A DNA stretch of 64,000 bases from Candidatus Omnitrophota bacterium (lineage in GTDB: Bacteria > Omnitrophota > Gorgyraeia > Zapsychrales > Fredricksoniimonadaceae). Location of the stretch: the NCBI GenBank assembly GCA_044225175.1, contig JBGAJA010000002.1, positions 408,991 to 472,990 of the forward strand. The letters are read 5' to 3'. Positions 1 to 8,513 of this stretch are shown here, piece after piece. Made by a program: the position numbers and the translations under genes. The notes below the pieces were generated by a model, which searched no databases, was not told the origin of the DNA, and worked only from the letters and a program-made list of their open reading frames with translations. Position 1 is the first letter of the stretch; each line of letters begins with the position of its first letter.

Positions 1-459
1 ATTCCTGAAAGTTCCATTATCTATAAAGCTATTGAACAAGTATTGCTTAAGATGCCATATCAAGACTTTCTTTATGTGACCAACCGTCATAGGCCGATAC
101 TTTTTATTGATTATTATGATTCAGGAACAGCGCGCTTTGCTGGTTCCCAGGAGTTCTTCGTTAATCCTAATACTCCTCCATGCTGTCAGGAGGGATTTAC
201 TATAATCAAATTAGGTCAAGGTCTAGGAATTGCGAAAACACCTGAAGCCATCGAAGGAATCGTTGCTCACGAAATTGCTCATCGAGTCCTTGAACATATT
301 AAGAACGGTAATGTCAATTGTGACGCGGAACGTGAAGCCAATCGATTGATTAAGAAATGGGGATTTGAAAAAGAGTTCCAAGAAGCTAAAAAGATATTTG
401 GTACAAGAAAAGGCGACCCGGTTGGGTGCCAGGAAAAACCTAAAGGTAAGGACCTATGA
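1..459 (+). CDS. Hypothetical protein with HExxH zinc-metallopeptidase motif (5'-truncated)
   Basis: Frame is open from base 1; contains AHEIAHRVLEH followed by EREAN, a zincin-like pattern. Confidence 0.6.
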   Translation: MPESSIIYKAIEQVLLKMPYQDFLYVTNRHRPILFIDYYDSGTARFAGSQEFFVNPNTPPCCQEGFTIIKLGQGLGIAKTPEAIEGIVAHEIAHRVLEHIKNGNVNCDAEREANRLIKKWGFEKEFQEAKKIFGTRKGDPVGCQEKPKGKDL

Positions 460-683
460 TTAAAAACAAGGGACAGTTCATTTTAGGGATATTTTATTCT
501 CTTTTGATCTTCTTTTTTGGGTATTTATCCTATTTTAAGAATTTAGCTTTCTCCCTCACAGTGCTCATTTCATTAATTATGGCCATGATGTTCTGGCGAA
601 AGAATAATAGCCTTGCGGTCGGAATATTATTCAGTGTGATTATTCAGATTGCAGTTTTTTTCTTAATTAATGCCAAGAGTTAA
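456..683 (+). CDS. Small integral membrane protein (75 aa)
   Basis: ATGA overlap with the upstream stop; three hydrophobic stretches. Confidence 0.6.
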   Translation: MIKNKGQFILGIFYSLLIFFFGYLSYFKNLAFSLTVLISLIMAMMFWRKNNSLAVGILFSVIIQIAVFFLINAKS

Positions 684-1271
684 ATCGAGCACTACTTCTG
701 CCATCATAGAAGCACAAGCAGTGACGCGTGGGGCCATAGGGGGATGGCCTTGATGGGAGTCGGTGGATCTATCTCCGCAGATGTACATGTTTCCAATTTT
801 CTTAACAGACATCGGTTGTTTCTGAGTTAAGCCTGCCATTCCAACCCCGCTGACAACTACAGGGAATCTAGAAGAGTAGTACTGGGCAAATCGGTATTTC
901 CAATCGGCCACATCGAAAGCTTCCACAATAAAATCGAACCCTCGAAAGAATTGATCGGCGTTTTGTTCATTCCATTCTTTTTGATGAATGATGATTTCCG
1001 CTTGAGGATTGATTTTTAAAAGACGCTTCTTAGTCATTTCAACTTTAGAAAGTCCAATCTCATCCAAGAAGTATTGCTGGCGATTTAAGTTTGAGGGGTC
1101 AATGACATCTTTATCAATGATTTCAAAGTGTTTGAAGCCGGTGCGAATCAGCATCATGGCACAATTCGAGCCAAGTCCTCCAGCCCCGCCAATACCAATC
1201 TTCTTGGATTGAATGGTCTGCAATTGTTCAGGTTTTAGGTACTTTAGCAGGCCTTGTTCAAAGATGTTCAT
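663..1271 (-). CDS. thiF: Sulfur carrier protein ThiS adenylyltransferase
   Basis: GAGGLGS, SNLNRQ and PPMAPRV motifs; last gene of the thiSGH cluster. Confidence 0.9.
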   Translation of the reverse strand: MNIFEQGLLKYLKPEQLQTIQSKKIGIGGAGGLGSNCAMMLIRTGFKHFEIIDKDVIDPSNLNRQQYFLDEIGLSKVEMTKKRLLKINPQAEIIIHQKEWNEQNADQFFRGFDFIVEAFDVADWKYRFAQYYSSRFPVVVSGVGMAGLTQKQPMSVKKIGNMYICGDRSTDSHQGHPPMAPRVTACASMMAEVVLDLTLGIN

Positions 1272-2287
1272 AGCGCATTCTCAATTCTTCGCCAGTCTGT
1301 AAAGATTGGATCAAAGTTCTTGGATTTAAGAAGGGCAATCACCTGGGCTACTGAACGCTCGTCTTTGATATCAAATTGGGGGTCTTGGTCGTCTTCTTCA
1401 ATGAGTGAATAGCCGCCTACGGATGTATTGGAGCCAGCAGACATACGTGTGATGCCAATTTCTAAGAGATGATCGCGAAGATTCGCATCTTCACGAGTTG
1501 AAAGATTGATTCCAACTCTGGGGAAAAGAATTCGGGTTAAAGCAACGATCTTGGTTAGTTTAATATCATCTACATCACAGTGGGCAAACTCTTGTGTCTT
1601 GATTGTACGCATTCTAGGGAATGATACGCTGTATTCCACTCCAGGATAATTCTTTTCCATTTCACGTAAGTGATTGTAGAGTTCAAACAAGTCTGTTGCG
1701 GTATCACTTAATCCCAAAAGAATCCCAATGGCAATCTGACGCATGCCAGCTTCCGCTGCCCTTTGGGGAGTGCCACGACGGAAATCATAATCTTTTTTAT
1801 AACCAGATAAATGCACTTGAGCATAACGGATGCGGTCATATGTTTCTTGATAGACTGTAATCCCATCAACACCTGCCGCAAAAAGCTCTTTATATTCATC
1901 TGTCTTCATAGGATGAACTTCCAGGGCAATGCCTTGGAAATAATTGGAAGCAATCTGGGCTGCTTCTTTTAAGTATTCTACAGGTGTGTGTTTATATGAT
2001 TCGCCGGTTAGCATTAAGAGATTGCGGATTCCTTGAGAATGGATGAATTCCATTTCCTTTTGGTATTGTGCTGGTTCAAGTTTGATACGAGTAATTTTAT
2101 TATTGCTATGAAATCCACAATAGGTGCAATGACTAGAGCAGTAATTCGATAAATATAAAGGGGAATACAAGCCAATCGTTCGTCCGAATTGCTGGCGAGT
2201 AATACGGGATGCTTCCTGAGCTAATTCTTCTAAGGATTCAGGTCTTTGATCATCTAAGAGATCTTTAATTTTTTGCAGTTGTATCAT
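1268..2287 (-). CDS. thiH: 2-iminoacetate synthase (radical SAM)
   Basis: [18 protein letters not shown] and SAGSNT motifs; start moved to ATG 2287. Confidence 0.9.
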   Translation of the reverse strand: MIQLQKIKDLLDDQRPESLEELAQEASRITRQQFGRTIGLYSPLYLSNYCSSHCTYCGFHSNNKITRIKLEPAQYQKEMEFIHSQGIRNLLMLTGESYKHTPVEYLKEAAQIASNYFQGIALEVHPMKTDEYKELFAAGVDGITVYQETYDRIRYAQVHLSGYKKDYDFRRGTPQRAAEAGMRQIAIGILLGLSDTATDLFELYNHLREMEKNYPGVEYSVSFPRMRTIKTQEFAHCDVDDIKLTKIVALTRILFPRVGINLSTREDANLRDHLLEIGITRMSAGSNTSVGGYSLIEEDDQDPQFDIKDERSVAQVIALLKSKNFDPIFTDWRRIENAL

Positions 2288-3053
2288 ACAAAAATCCAGT
2301 GAGAGGAGAAGAGGGATTTGCTGCATCTTGTTGAGCAGGTAGTTGGCTTAAATAAGCCATATGCCCCGCTTCAACGGCTTGGGCAAAGGCTTTGGCTAAC
2401 AAAGGAGGATTCTGCGCACTTGCAACCGCTGTGTTGCAAAGAATAGCATCAGCTCCCATTTCCATAGCTTCAGCTGCTTGAGAAGGAGCGCCAATGCCTG
2501 CATCCACGACGATAGGAAGATCAATTTCATCGATTAGAATTTTGATAAATTCTTTGGTTTTAAGCCCTTGATTGCTTCCAATTAAAGACCCCAAAGGCAT
2601 GATCGTTGCCGCGCCAGCTTTCACGAGTGCGCGTGCCGTATAAAGATCAGGGTACATATATGGTAGGACTATAAATCCTTCTGCTGCTAGGATTTCGGTT
2701 GCTTTGATTGTTTCAACATTATCTGGCAGTAAGTATTTGCTGTCATTGATGACTTCAATCTTGACCCAGTTGCCACAGCCGGACGCTTTAGCTAGGCGTG
2801 CAATTCTAACAGCTTCCTGTGCTGTACGCGCGCCAGAAGTATTTGTTAAAAGTGTTACATTTTTAGGGATATATTCGAGGATATTGTCTTCGTGGCGTTC
2901 TAAGTCAATACGGCGAAGGGCCACGGTCACAATTTCACTTTCCGAAGCCAGAATTGTATCAGAGAGATCTTTTTTGTTTTTAAATTTACCGGTGCCTAAC
3001 AAAAAGCGGCTTTTGAATTGTTTACCAGCTATAATTAAAGGGGAGTCGTTCAT
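2265..3053 (-). CDS. thiG: Thiazole synthase
   Basis: [25 protein letters not shown] and SSP motifs; start ATG 3053. Confidence 0.95.
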   Translation of the reverse strand: MNDSPLIIAGKQFKSRFLLGTGKFKNKKDLSDTILASESEIVTVALRRIDLERHEDNILEYIPKNVTLLTNTSGARTAQEAVRIARLAKASGCGNWVKIEVINDSKYLLPDNVETIKATEILAAEGFIVLPYMYPDLYTARALVKAGAATIMPLGSLIGSNQGLKTKEFIKILIDEIDLPIVVDAGIGAPSQAAEAMEMGADAILCNTAVASAQNPPLLAKAFAQAVEAGHMAYLSQLPAQQDAANPSSPLTGFLYDTTAKN

Positions 3054-3055
3054 TG

Positions 3056-3256
3056 TTAACCGCCTCCAACAAAGGCGACTAATTCGATAGTATCTCCGTC
3101 TTTGATGGGAGTTGTCGTCCAATTGCCAGAGACAACAATATTTCCATTAACTTCAGTGATGATATGTTTTGGTTCTTTACAAAATTGGCTCACCAGATCA
3201 GAAAGATGAGGGGTATTAGAAAATTCTTTGACTGTTCCGTTGATTGTGACTTTCAT
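3056..3256 (-). CDS. thiS: Sulfur carrier protein
   Basis: 66 aa ending FVGGG; GGAGG-like SD upstream. Confidence 0.95.
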   Translation of the reverse strand: MKVTINGTVKEFSNTPHLSDLVSQFCKEPKHIITEVNGNIVVSGNWTTTPIKDGDTIELVAFVGGG

Positions 3257-3465
3257 AAAAATCCTCCAGTTAAGGTGTCCATTGTAGAGGATTTGGTTTG
3301 AAAAATCAAATATCTCATGGGTGAGGGAAAATTAAAAAAATTTCTCATTTTTAGTTTTGATTTGGTATAAAATAAGGCTATCAAATTAGAGAAGTTACCT
3401 CAGAAAAAACACTTTTATTTTGGAACGATTTTTGTATAATACACTGTTTTTTCGAAAGATTTATT

Positions 3466-3521
3466 AACAGACCCAACAGGTCGTCAAGATCTGTTCGCCA
3501 GAGTGAGGCTGGCATAAGGAG
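3466..3521 (+). promoter_or_regulatory. Structured 5' leader upstream of speD-like gene (candidate cis-regulatory RNA)
   Basis: TATAAT at 3435; stems AACAGA/TCTGTT, GACC/GGTC and GCCAG/CTGGC just before SD AAGGAG. Confidence 0.35.
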
Positions 3522-3527
3522 CATAAA

Positions 3528-3956
3528 ATGGGCAAACCTGGAGTATTCGGGTACGAGTTGTTGTTGGACCTCTATGATTGTAAGGCGGGTGTTTGTGATG
3601 ATTTAACCGTTTGTTACAACTTTCTAGATGAAGTTGTTGGATTTCTAGGAATGGAAAAACAAGCGCCACCATCAATCTTTCGTTCTGACGCCTCACGCTT
3701 TCCAGATAAAGCAGGTCTTTCTGGTTGGGTGCCATTGATTGAAAGTTCGATCGTCATTCACACACTGACTCCTAAGGACTTTATTACGGTCGACATTTAT
3801 TGTTGCCGTGCCTTTGATCAGAAAAAAGCAGAAGAATTTTGCCGTAAGTTTTTCTCTCCAAAACGCGTTGAAACACAATTTGTAGAACGTGGTTTGAGTT
3901 ATTACAGCAAAGAAGAAGTAGCCGCACTCAAAGAAAAAGAGTTGGTACATAAATAA
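3528..3956 (+). CDS. speD: Pyruvoyl-dependent S-adenosylmethionine decarboxylase family proenzyme
   Basis: GYELLLDLYDC, LIESSIVIHT self-cleavage motif, VDIYCC and ERG; substrate not certain. Confidence 0.75.
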   Translation: MGKPGVFGYELLLDLYDCKAGVCDDLTVCYNFLDEVVGFLGMEKQAPPSIFRSDASRFPDKAGLSGWVPLIESSIVIHTLTPKDFITVDIYCCRAFDQKKAEEFCRKFFSPKRVETQFVERGLSYYSKEEVAALKEKELVHK

Positions 3957-3984
3957 AATTCCTGATTTAGGAATAGAAATAATA

Positions 3985-4013
3985 AAGGGGATTGGCTAAT
4001 AACTAATCCCCTT
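3985..4013 (+). terminator. Hairpin after speD, probable intrinsic terminator
   Basis: AAGGGGATTGG/CTAATCCCCTT inverted repeat followed by CACTTTTT. Confidence 0.5.
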
Positions 4014-4024
4014 CACTTTTTAAC

Positions 4025-6547
4025 ATGCCCTATACTACAAACGATATTAAAGCAATTGAAGCCAAGTGGCAGAAATTCTGGGATGATCAGAAGACCTTTA
4101 AGGTTGAAGCGGATCCTTCTAAGAAGAAGTATTATGTCTTGGAAATGTTCCCATATCCCTCCGGCAAAATCCACATGGGCCATGTGCGCAATTACACAAT
4201 TGGCGATGTGATTGCCCGTTACAAAATGATGCAAGGTTTTAATGTACTACATCCCATTGGCTATGATGCCTTTGGACAACCCGCCGAAAACGCAGCAATC
4301 AAACACAAAACAAATCCCTCTGACTGGACATACAAATGCATTGAACAAATGCATGACGAATTAAAGAAGATGGGATTTTCTTATAACTGGGACCGTGAAT
4401 TCTCGACCTGTGATAGTGAATACTACAAATGGAATCAGTGGATTTTTATTAAGATGTATGAGAAGGGCTTAGCTTATAAGAAAGCTTCTTCCGTTAATTG
4501 GTGCCCTAGTTGTCAGACGACACTCGCCAATGAAGAAGTGATTGATGGGGCTTGTTGGCGGTGCAAAACAGTTGTGGATCAAAAAGATTTGGATCAATGG
4601 TATCTGAAGATCACTCAGTATGCTGAAAGCTTACTGGAAGATTTGAAACAGTTGGATCAATGGCCTTCACGTGTGCGTGCCATGCAAGAGAATTGGATTG
4701 GTAAAAGCTTTGGTGTGGAGATTTATTTCAAAATTGTAGGGGTGGGTTCCAAACCCACCCAACAAAAGGCAGGTTTAGAACCTGCCCCTACAGATGATGT
4801 AATCAAGGTTTTCACCACACGTCCGGATACTATCTTTGGTGCAACCTACGTCGTACTTGCCCCTGAACATCCCTTAGTTAAGAAATTGGTTAAAGGAACT
4901 CCTCAAGAAAAAGATGTTTTAGCATTTATCGAAAAGACGGCTAATAAAAGCAAGTCTATGCGTATGTCTGGTGGAGAACGTAAAGAAGGAATAGCTCTTG
5001 GGATTCATGCGATTAATCCAGTGAATGGAGAATCTATTCCAGTATTTATAGGGGACTATGTTCTCATGGATTATGGAACGGGTGCCATTATGGCAGTTCC
5101 AACACATGATCAGCGTGATTTCGAATTTGCCAACACGCATAAGCTTCCCATGCGCATTGTTATTCAGCATCCCAAAGAAGCCTTTACATTAGAAAGCATG
5201 TCTCAAGCCTATGAGGATCCAGGTGTTCTTGTGAATTCCAAGGAATTTGATGGCATTGGTAATGAAGAAGCTAAGAAGAAAATTGGCGAATGGATGACTC
5301 AAGAAAAAATGGGTAAGATCACTGTCCACTGGCGCTTGCGTGATTGGCTTATTTCTCGTCAGCGTTATTGGGGAACGCCCATTCCTATGATCTATTGTGA
5401 TAGTTGCGGGGTTGTACCTGTTCCTTATGAACAATTGCCCGTTGAATTGCCTAAGAATGTTGAGATTACAGGTCAGGGAGGCAGTCCATTAAATCGTGTG
5501 TCAGAATTCGTGAATGTGTCTTGTCCTAAATGCAAGAAAGCAGCCCGTCGTGAAACAGACACGATGGCCACATTCTTTGATTCTTCTTGGTATTTCTTAA
5601 GATTTTGCTCCGCACATAATGATAAAGAGGTGTTTAATAAGAATAATGCCAAGTATTGGATGACAGTTGATCAATACATTGGGGGGATTGAACATGCCAT
5701 TCTTCATTTGCTCTATTCTCGTTTCTTCACCAAGTTCTTTAAAGATTTAGGATTGATTGACTCAAGCGAACCTTTTAACCGTTTACTGACTCAAGGGATG
5801 GTGCTTAAAGATGGGGAGGTCATGTCTAAGTCTCGGGGCAATACGGTGGATCCAGATGAAGTCTTAAGCAAATATGGTGCAGATACACTTCGTTTGTTCA
5901 TTCTTTTTGCAGCTCCTCCAGAAGATCAACTGGAGTGGAATAGCGACGGGCTAGAAGGTTCTTGGAGGTTCTTGAATCGTGTGTATCAAATGGTTGAGAA
6001 ACGTTATGTGAAAGATGTAAAAGAAGAGGGTAAGGATCAGGTATTGGAACGAGCCCGTCATTCTGCCATCAAACAAATCACTCAATCGTTTGAAGAAGGA
6101 TATAAATTTAATACCGCTATCAGCCAGATGATGATTTTGGCAAATGCCATTGATAAATATAAGCCAGAATCCACGAGCACATTGAATCAAGCCATCGAAA
6201 CGCTCGTCTTATTATTAGGCCCTTTTGCGCCTCACATGTGCGAAGAGCTTTGGCAAATGATGTCCGCCAGAGGCGGATCCGCCTTTGGCGGAGGTCAAGA
6301 CTATTCTAGTATTAGCCGTGTTGCCTGGCCCAAATTCGATGAAGCAGCCCTTATCCAAGATGAAATCACATATGCCATTCAAATCAATGGTAAGGTCAGA
6401 AGCGAAGTCAAAGCCTCAGTCACAGCCACCCAAGAAGACTTGCAGAAGTTAGTCTTAGCCGATGCCAATGTCGCCCGCTATTTAGAGGGCGCCACCATCA
6501 AAAAATTCATTGTCGTCCCAAAGAAATTAGTTAGTATAGTCATTTAG
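4025..6547 (+). CDS. leuS: Leucine--tRNA ligase carrying two in-frame palindromic insertions
   Basis: MFPYPSG, HMGH, FTTRPDT, SRQRYWG, GGIEHA and VMSKS motifs. Confidence 0.97.
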   Translation: MPYTTNDIKAIEAKWQKFWDDQKTFKVEADPSKKKYYVLEMFPYPSGKIHMGHVRNYTIGDVIARYKMMQGFNVLHPIGYDAFGQPAENAAIKHKTNPSDWTYKCIEQMHDELKKMGFSYNWDREFSTCDSEYYKWNQWIFIKMYEKGLAYKKASSVNWCPSCQTTLANEEVIDGACWRCKTVVDQKDLDQWYLKITQYAESLLEDLKQLDQWPSRVRAMQENWIGKSFGVEIYFKIVGVGSKPTQQKAGLEPAPTDDVIKVFTTRPDTIFGATYVVLAPEHPLVKKLVKGTPQEKDVLAFIEKTANKSKSMRMSGGERKEGIALGIHAINPVNGESIPVFIGDYVLMDYGTGAIMAVPTHDQRDFEFANTHKLPMRIVIQHPKEAFTLESMSQAYEDPGVLVNSKEFDGIGNEEAKKKIGEWMTQEKMGKITVHWRLRDWLISRQRYWGTPIPMIYCDSCGVVPVPYEQLPVELPKNVEITGQGGSPLNRVSEFVNVSCPKCKKAARRETDTMATFFDSSWYFLRFCSAHNDKEVFNKNNAKYWMTVDQYIGGIEHAILHLLYSRFFTKFFKDLGLIDSSEPFNRLLTQGMVLKDGEVMSKSRGNTVDPDEVLSKYGADTLRLFILFAAPPEDQLEWNSDGLEGSWRFLNRVYQMVEKRYVKDVKEEGKDQVLERARHSAIKQITQSFEEGYKFNTAISQMMILANAIDKYKPESTSTLNQAIETLVLLLGPFAPHMCEELWQMMSARGGSAFGGGQDYSSISRVAWPKFDEAALIQDEITYAIQINGKVRSEVKASVTATQEDLQKLVLADANVARYLEGATIKKFIVVPKKLVSIVI
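4736..4791. repeat. GTAG-type REP doublet (REPIN-like) inside leuS
   Basis: GTAGGGGTGGGTTCCAAACCCACCC...GGCAGGTTTAGAACCTGCCCCTAC; encodes VGVGSKPTQQKAGLEPAPT. Confidence 0.9.
6263..6292. repeat. 30-bp TCCGCC palindromic element inside leuS
   Basis: TCCGCCAGAGGCGGATCCGCCTTTGGCGGA = SARGGSAFGG. Confidence 0.9.
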
Positions 6548-6619
6548 TTGTCCCCGTAATCCCCTTACGGTTTAAATAAAAATTCCCCAAAAATCCCAAA
6601 AAATCCACGAGGGGAACCT

Positions 6620-7171
6620 ATGTCTGAAAGAAAGCAATTACGGTTAAAGAATTATGAATATTCTGCGGCGGGGTATTATTTTGTGACGATTTGTGTTCAG
6701 GATCGTGTTCGTTTGTTTGGGGAAATAATAAATAATGAAATGATTTTAAACGAAACCGGAGAAATTCTAAAATTTACATGGTTTGATTTGGTAAATCATA
6801 ATGCAAATATTATATTGGATCATTTTGTGATCATGCCGAATCATATTCATGGAATTATACAAATCGTAGGGGCGGGTTCTGAACCCGCCTTTATGCCCAA
6901 TGGGGCAGGTTTGGAACCTGCCCCTACGACATTGGCAGAAATTGTTCGTCAATTTAAAACATTTTCATCAAAACGAATCAATAAATTATGCAATACGCCG
7001 GGCACAAAAATCTGGCAACGCAATTATTATGAACGTGTTATCAGAAATGAAAAAGAATTGAATAATATTCGACAATATATACAAGACAATCCTATAAATT
7101 GGGAATTTGATGAAAATTATTGTAGAGGTGGGTTCCAAACCCACCTTTTATGCGTAATAGGGCAGGTTTAG
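6620..7171 (+). mobile_element. REP-associated tyrosine transposase (RAYT, IS200-like HUH Y1)
   Basis: YYFVTIC, MPNHIHG (HUH), WQRNYYERVIR and YIQDNP; GTAG REP doublets inside and at the 3' end. Confidence 0.9.
6866..6927. repeat. GTAG REP doublet inside the RAYT gene
   Basis: GTAGGGGCGGGTTCTGAACCCGCC...GGGGCAGGTTTGGAACCTGCCCCTAC, in frame. Confidence 0.9.
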
Positions 7172-7184
7172 AACCTGCCCCTAC
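7122..7184. repeat. GTAG REP doublet overlapping the RAYT stop codon
   Basis: GTAGAGGTGGGTTCCAAACCCACC...GGGCAGGTTTAGAACCTGCCCCTAC. Confidence 0.9.
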
Positions 7185-7226
7185 GTAGATATTGTAAATA
7201 TTAATTGATTGGAATATACTGTCTTC

Positions 7227-8513
7227 ATGAAATTTTACGCTGACCTTCATATTCATTCCAAATACTCCCGTGCTACATCCAAAGATCTTGATTTAGAACA
7301 CCTTTACCTGTGGGCCCAATATAAGGGGATTCACGTCGTGGGGACAGGGGATTTTGTGCATCCGGCTTGGCTTAAAGAGATGGAAGAGAAGTTAGAGCCG
7401 GCTGAAGAAGGGTTATTTAAGCTTAAAGATCAATTTGCTAAAGAGATCGATAAAATTGTCCCAAAATCCTGCCAAATGCCCGTCCGATTTATGCTGACGG
7501 TTGAGATTTCTAATATTTATAAGAGGTTAGATAAGGTACGTAAGGTCCATAATTTGATTTGGGCGCCTTCGATTGAATCAGCTAAGAAGATTCAGGCCAA
7601 GCTTGGCAGCATTGGTAATATCAAATCCGACGGGCGACCTATTCTGGGCCTTGATTCTAAAGATCTGCTGGAAATTACACTCGAAGCAGATCCCAAAAAC
7701 ATCTTTGTTCCAGCCCATATCTGGACGCCTTGGTTTTCTGCACTTGGTTCAATGGGTGGCTTTGATCGTATGGAAGATTGCTTTGCAGATCTAACCAAGC
7801 ATATCTTTGCCGTTGAAACTGGTCTTTCATCAGATCCTTTGATGAATTGGCGGCTTAAGCAATTGGATTCATTTATTCTAGTCTCTAACTCTGATGCTCA
7901 TTCTCCTGGCAAATTAGGACGCGAGTGTAATGTATTTGATACAGAATTATCTTACCCTGCCATTTATAGTGCTTTATCCAATGAGAATGATAAGGGATTA
8001 GTGGGAACACTTGAGTTTTTTCCTGAAGAAGGAAAGTATCACTACGACGGACATCGTAATTGCCATGTGCGCTGGCATCCGAAACAAACAATTGAGAATC
8101 AGGGAATATGTACAGGTTGCGGGAAACCTGTCACTGTGGGCGTCATGGCTCGTGTCGAGCAATTAGCGGATAGACCCGAAGGACAAAAAGGCAAACGCCA
8201 TCGTCCTTATTGGAATTTAGTGACTTTACCGGAAGTCATTGCGGGAGCTAAAGGTGTTGGTTCCTCTAGTAAAGCCGTTCAAGCCGTGTATATGAATATG
8301 CTTAGCCAGATTGGCAATGAGTTCTATATCTTACTTGATGCTTCGATCGATGAAATTCGCTCTGTTGCAGGAGAGGTTATTGCAGAGGGAATTAGCCGCA
8401 TGCGAAAAGGTGATATTAAGATTGCAGCTGGATATGATGGTGAGTATGGAACGATTGAAATCTTCAAAGACGGCGAGCGCGATTTAATCGAAAAGCAATT
8501 GGCACTCTTCTAA
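7227..8513 (+). CDS. Endonuclease Q family protein (PHP domain plus Zn ribbon)
   Basis: ADLHIHSKYSRATS, PAHIWTPW, NSDAHS, GKYHYDGHR and GYDGEYG; start ATG 7227. Confidence 0.85.
   Translation: MKFYADLHIHSKYSRATSKDLDLEHLYLWAQYKGIHVVGTGDFVHPAWLKEMEEKLEPAEEGLFKLKDQFAKEIDKIVPKSCQMPVRFMLTVEISNIYKRLDKVRKVHNLIWAPSIESAKKIQAKLGSIGNIKSDGRPILGLDSKDLLEITLEADPKNIFVPAHIWTPWFSALGSMGGFDRMEDCFADLTKHIFAVETGLSSDPLMNWRLKQLDSFILVSNSDAHSPGKLGRECNVFDTELSYPAIYSALSNENDKGLVGTLEFFPEEGKYHYDGHRNCHVRWHPKQTIENQGICTGCGKPVTVGVMARVEQLADRPEGQKGKRHRPYWNLVTLPEVIAGAKGVGSSSKAVQAVYMNMLSQIGNEFYILLDASIDEIRSVAGEVIAEGISRMRKGDIKIAAGYDGEYGTIEIFKDGERDLIEKQLALF

Noticed and set aside
663-3256. Functional link between the thi operon and the TPP-dependent sugar enzyme
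   Set aside because: They are about 39 kb apart with no shared regulatory signal seen.
3421-3435. Sigma54-like TGGAACG-N4-TTGT
   Set aside because: It lacks the -12 GC, and an overlapping TATAAT explains the site better.
3257-3480. TPP riboswitch upstream of thiS
   Set aside because: The conserved CTGAGA and ACCTGA...TAAT...GCG elements are not visible on the minus strand.
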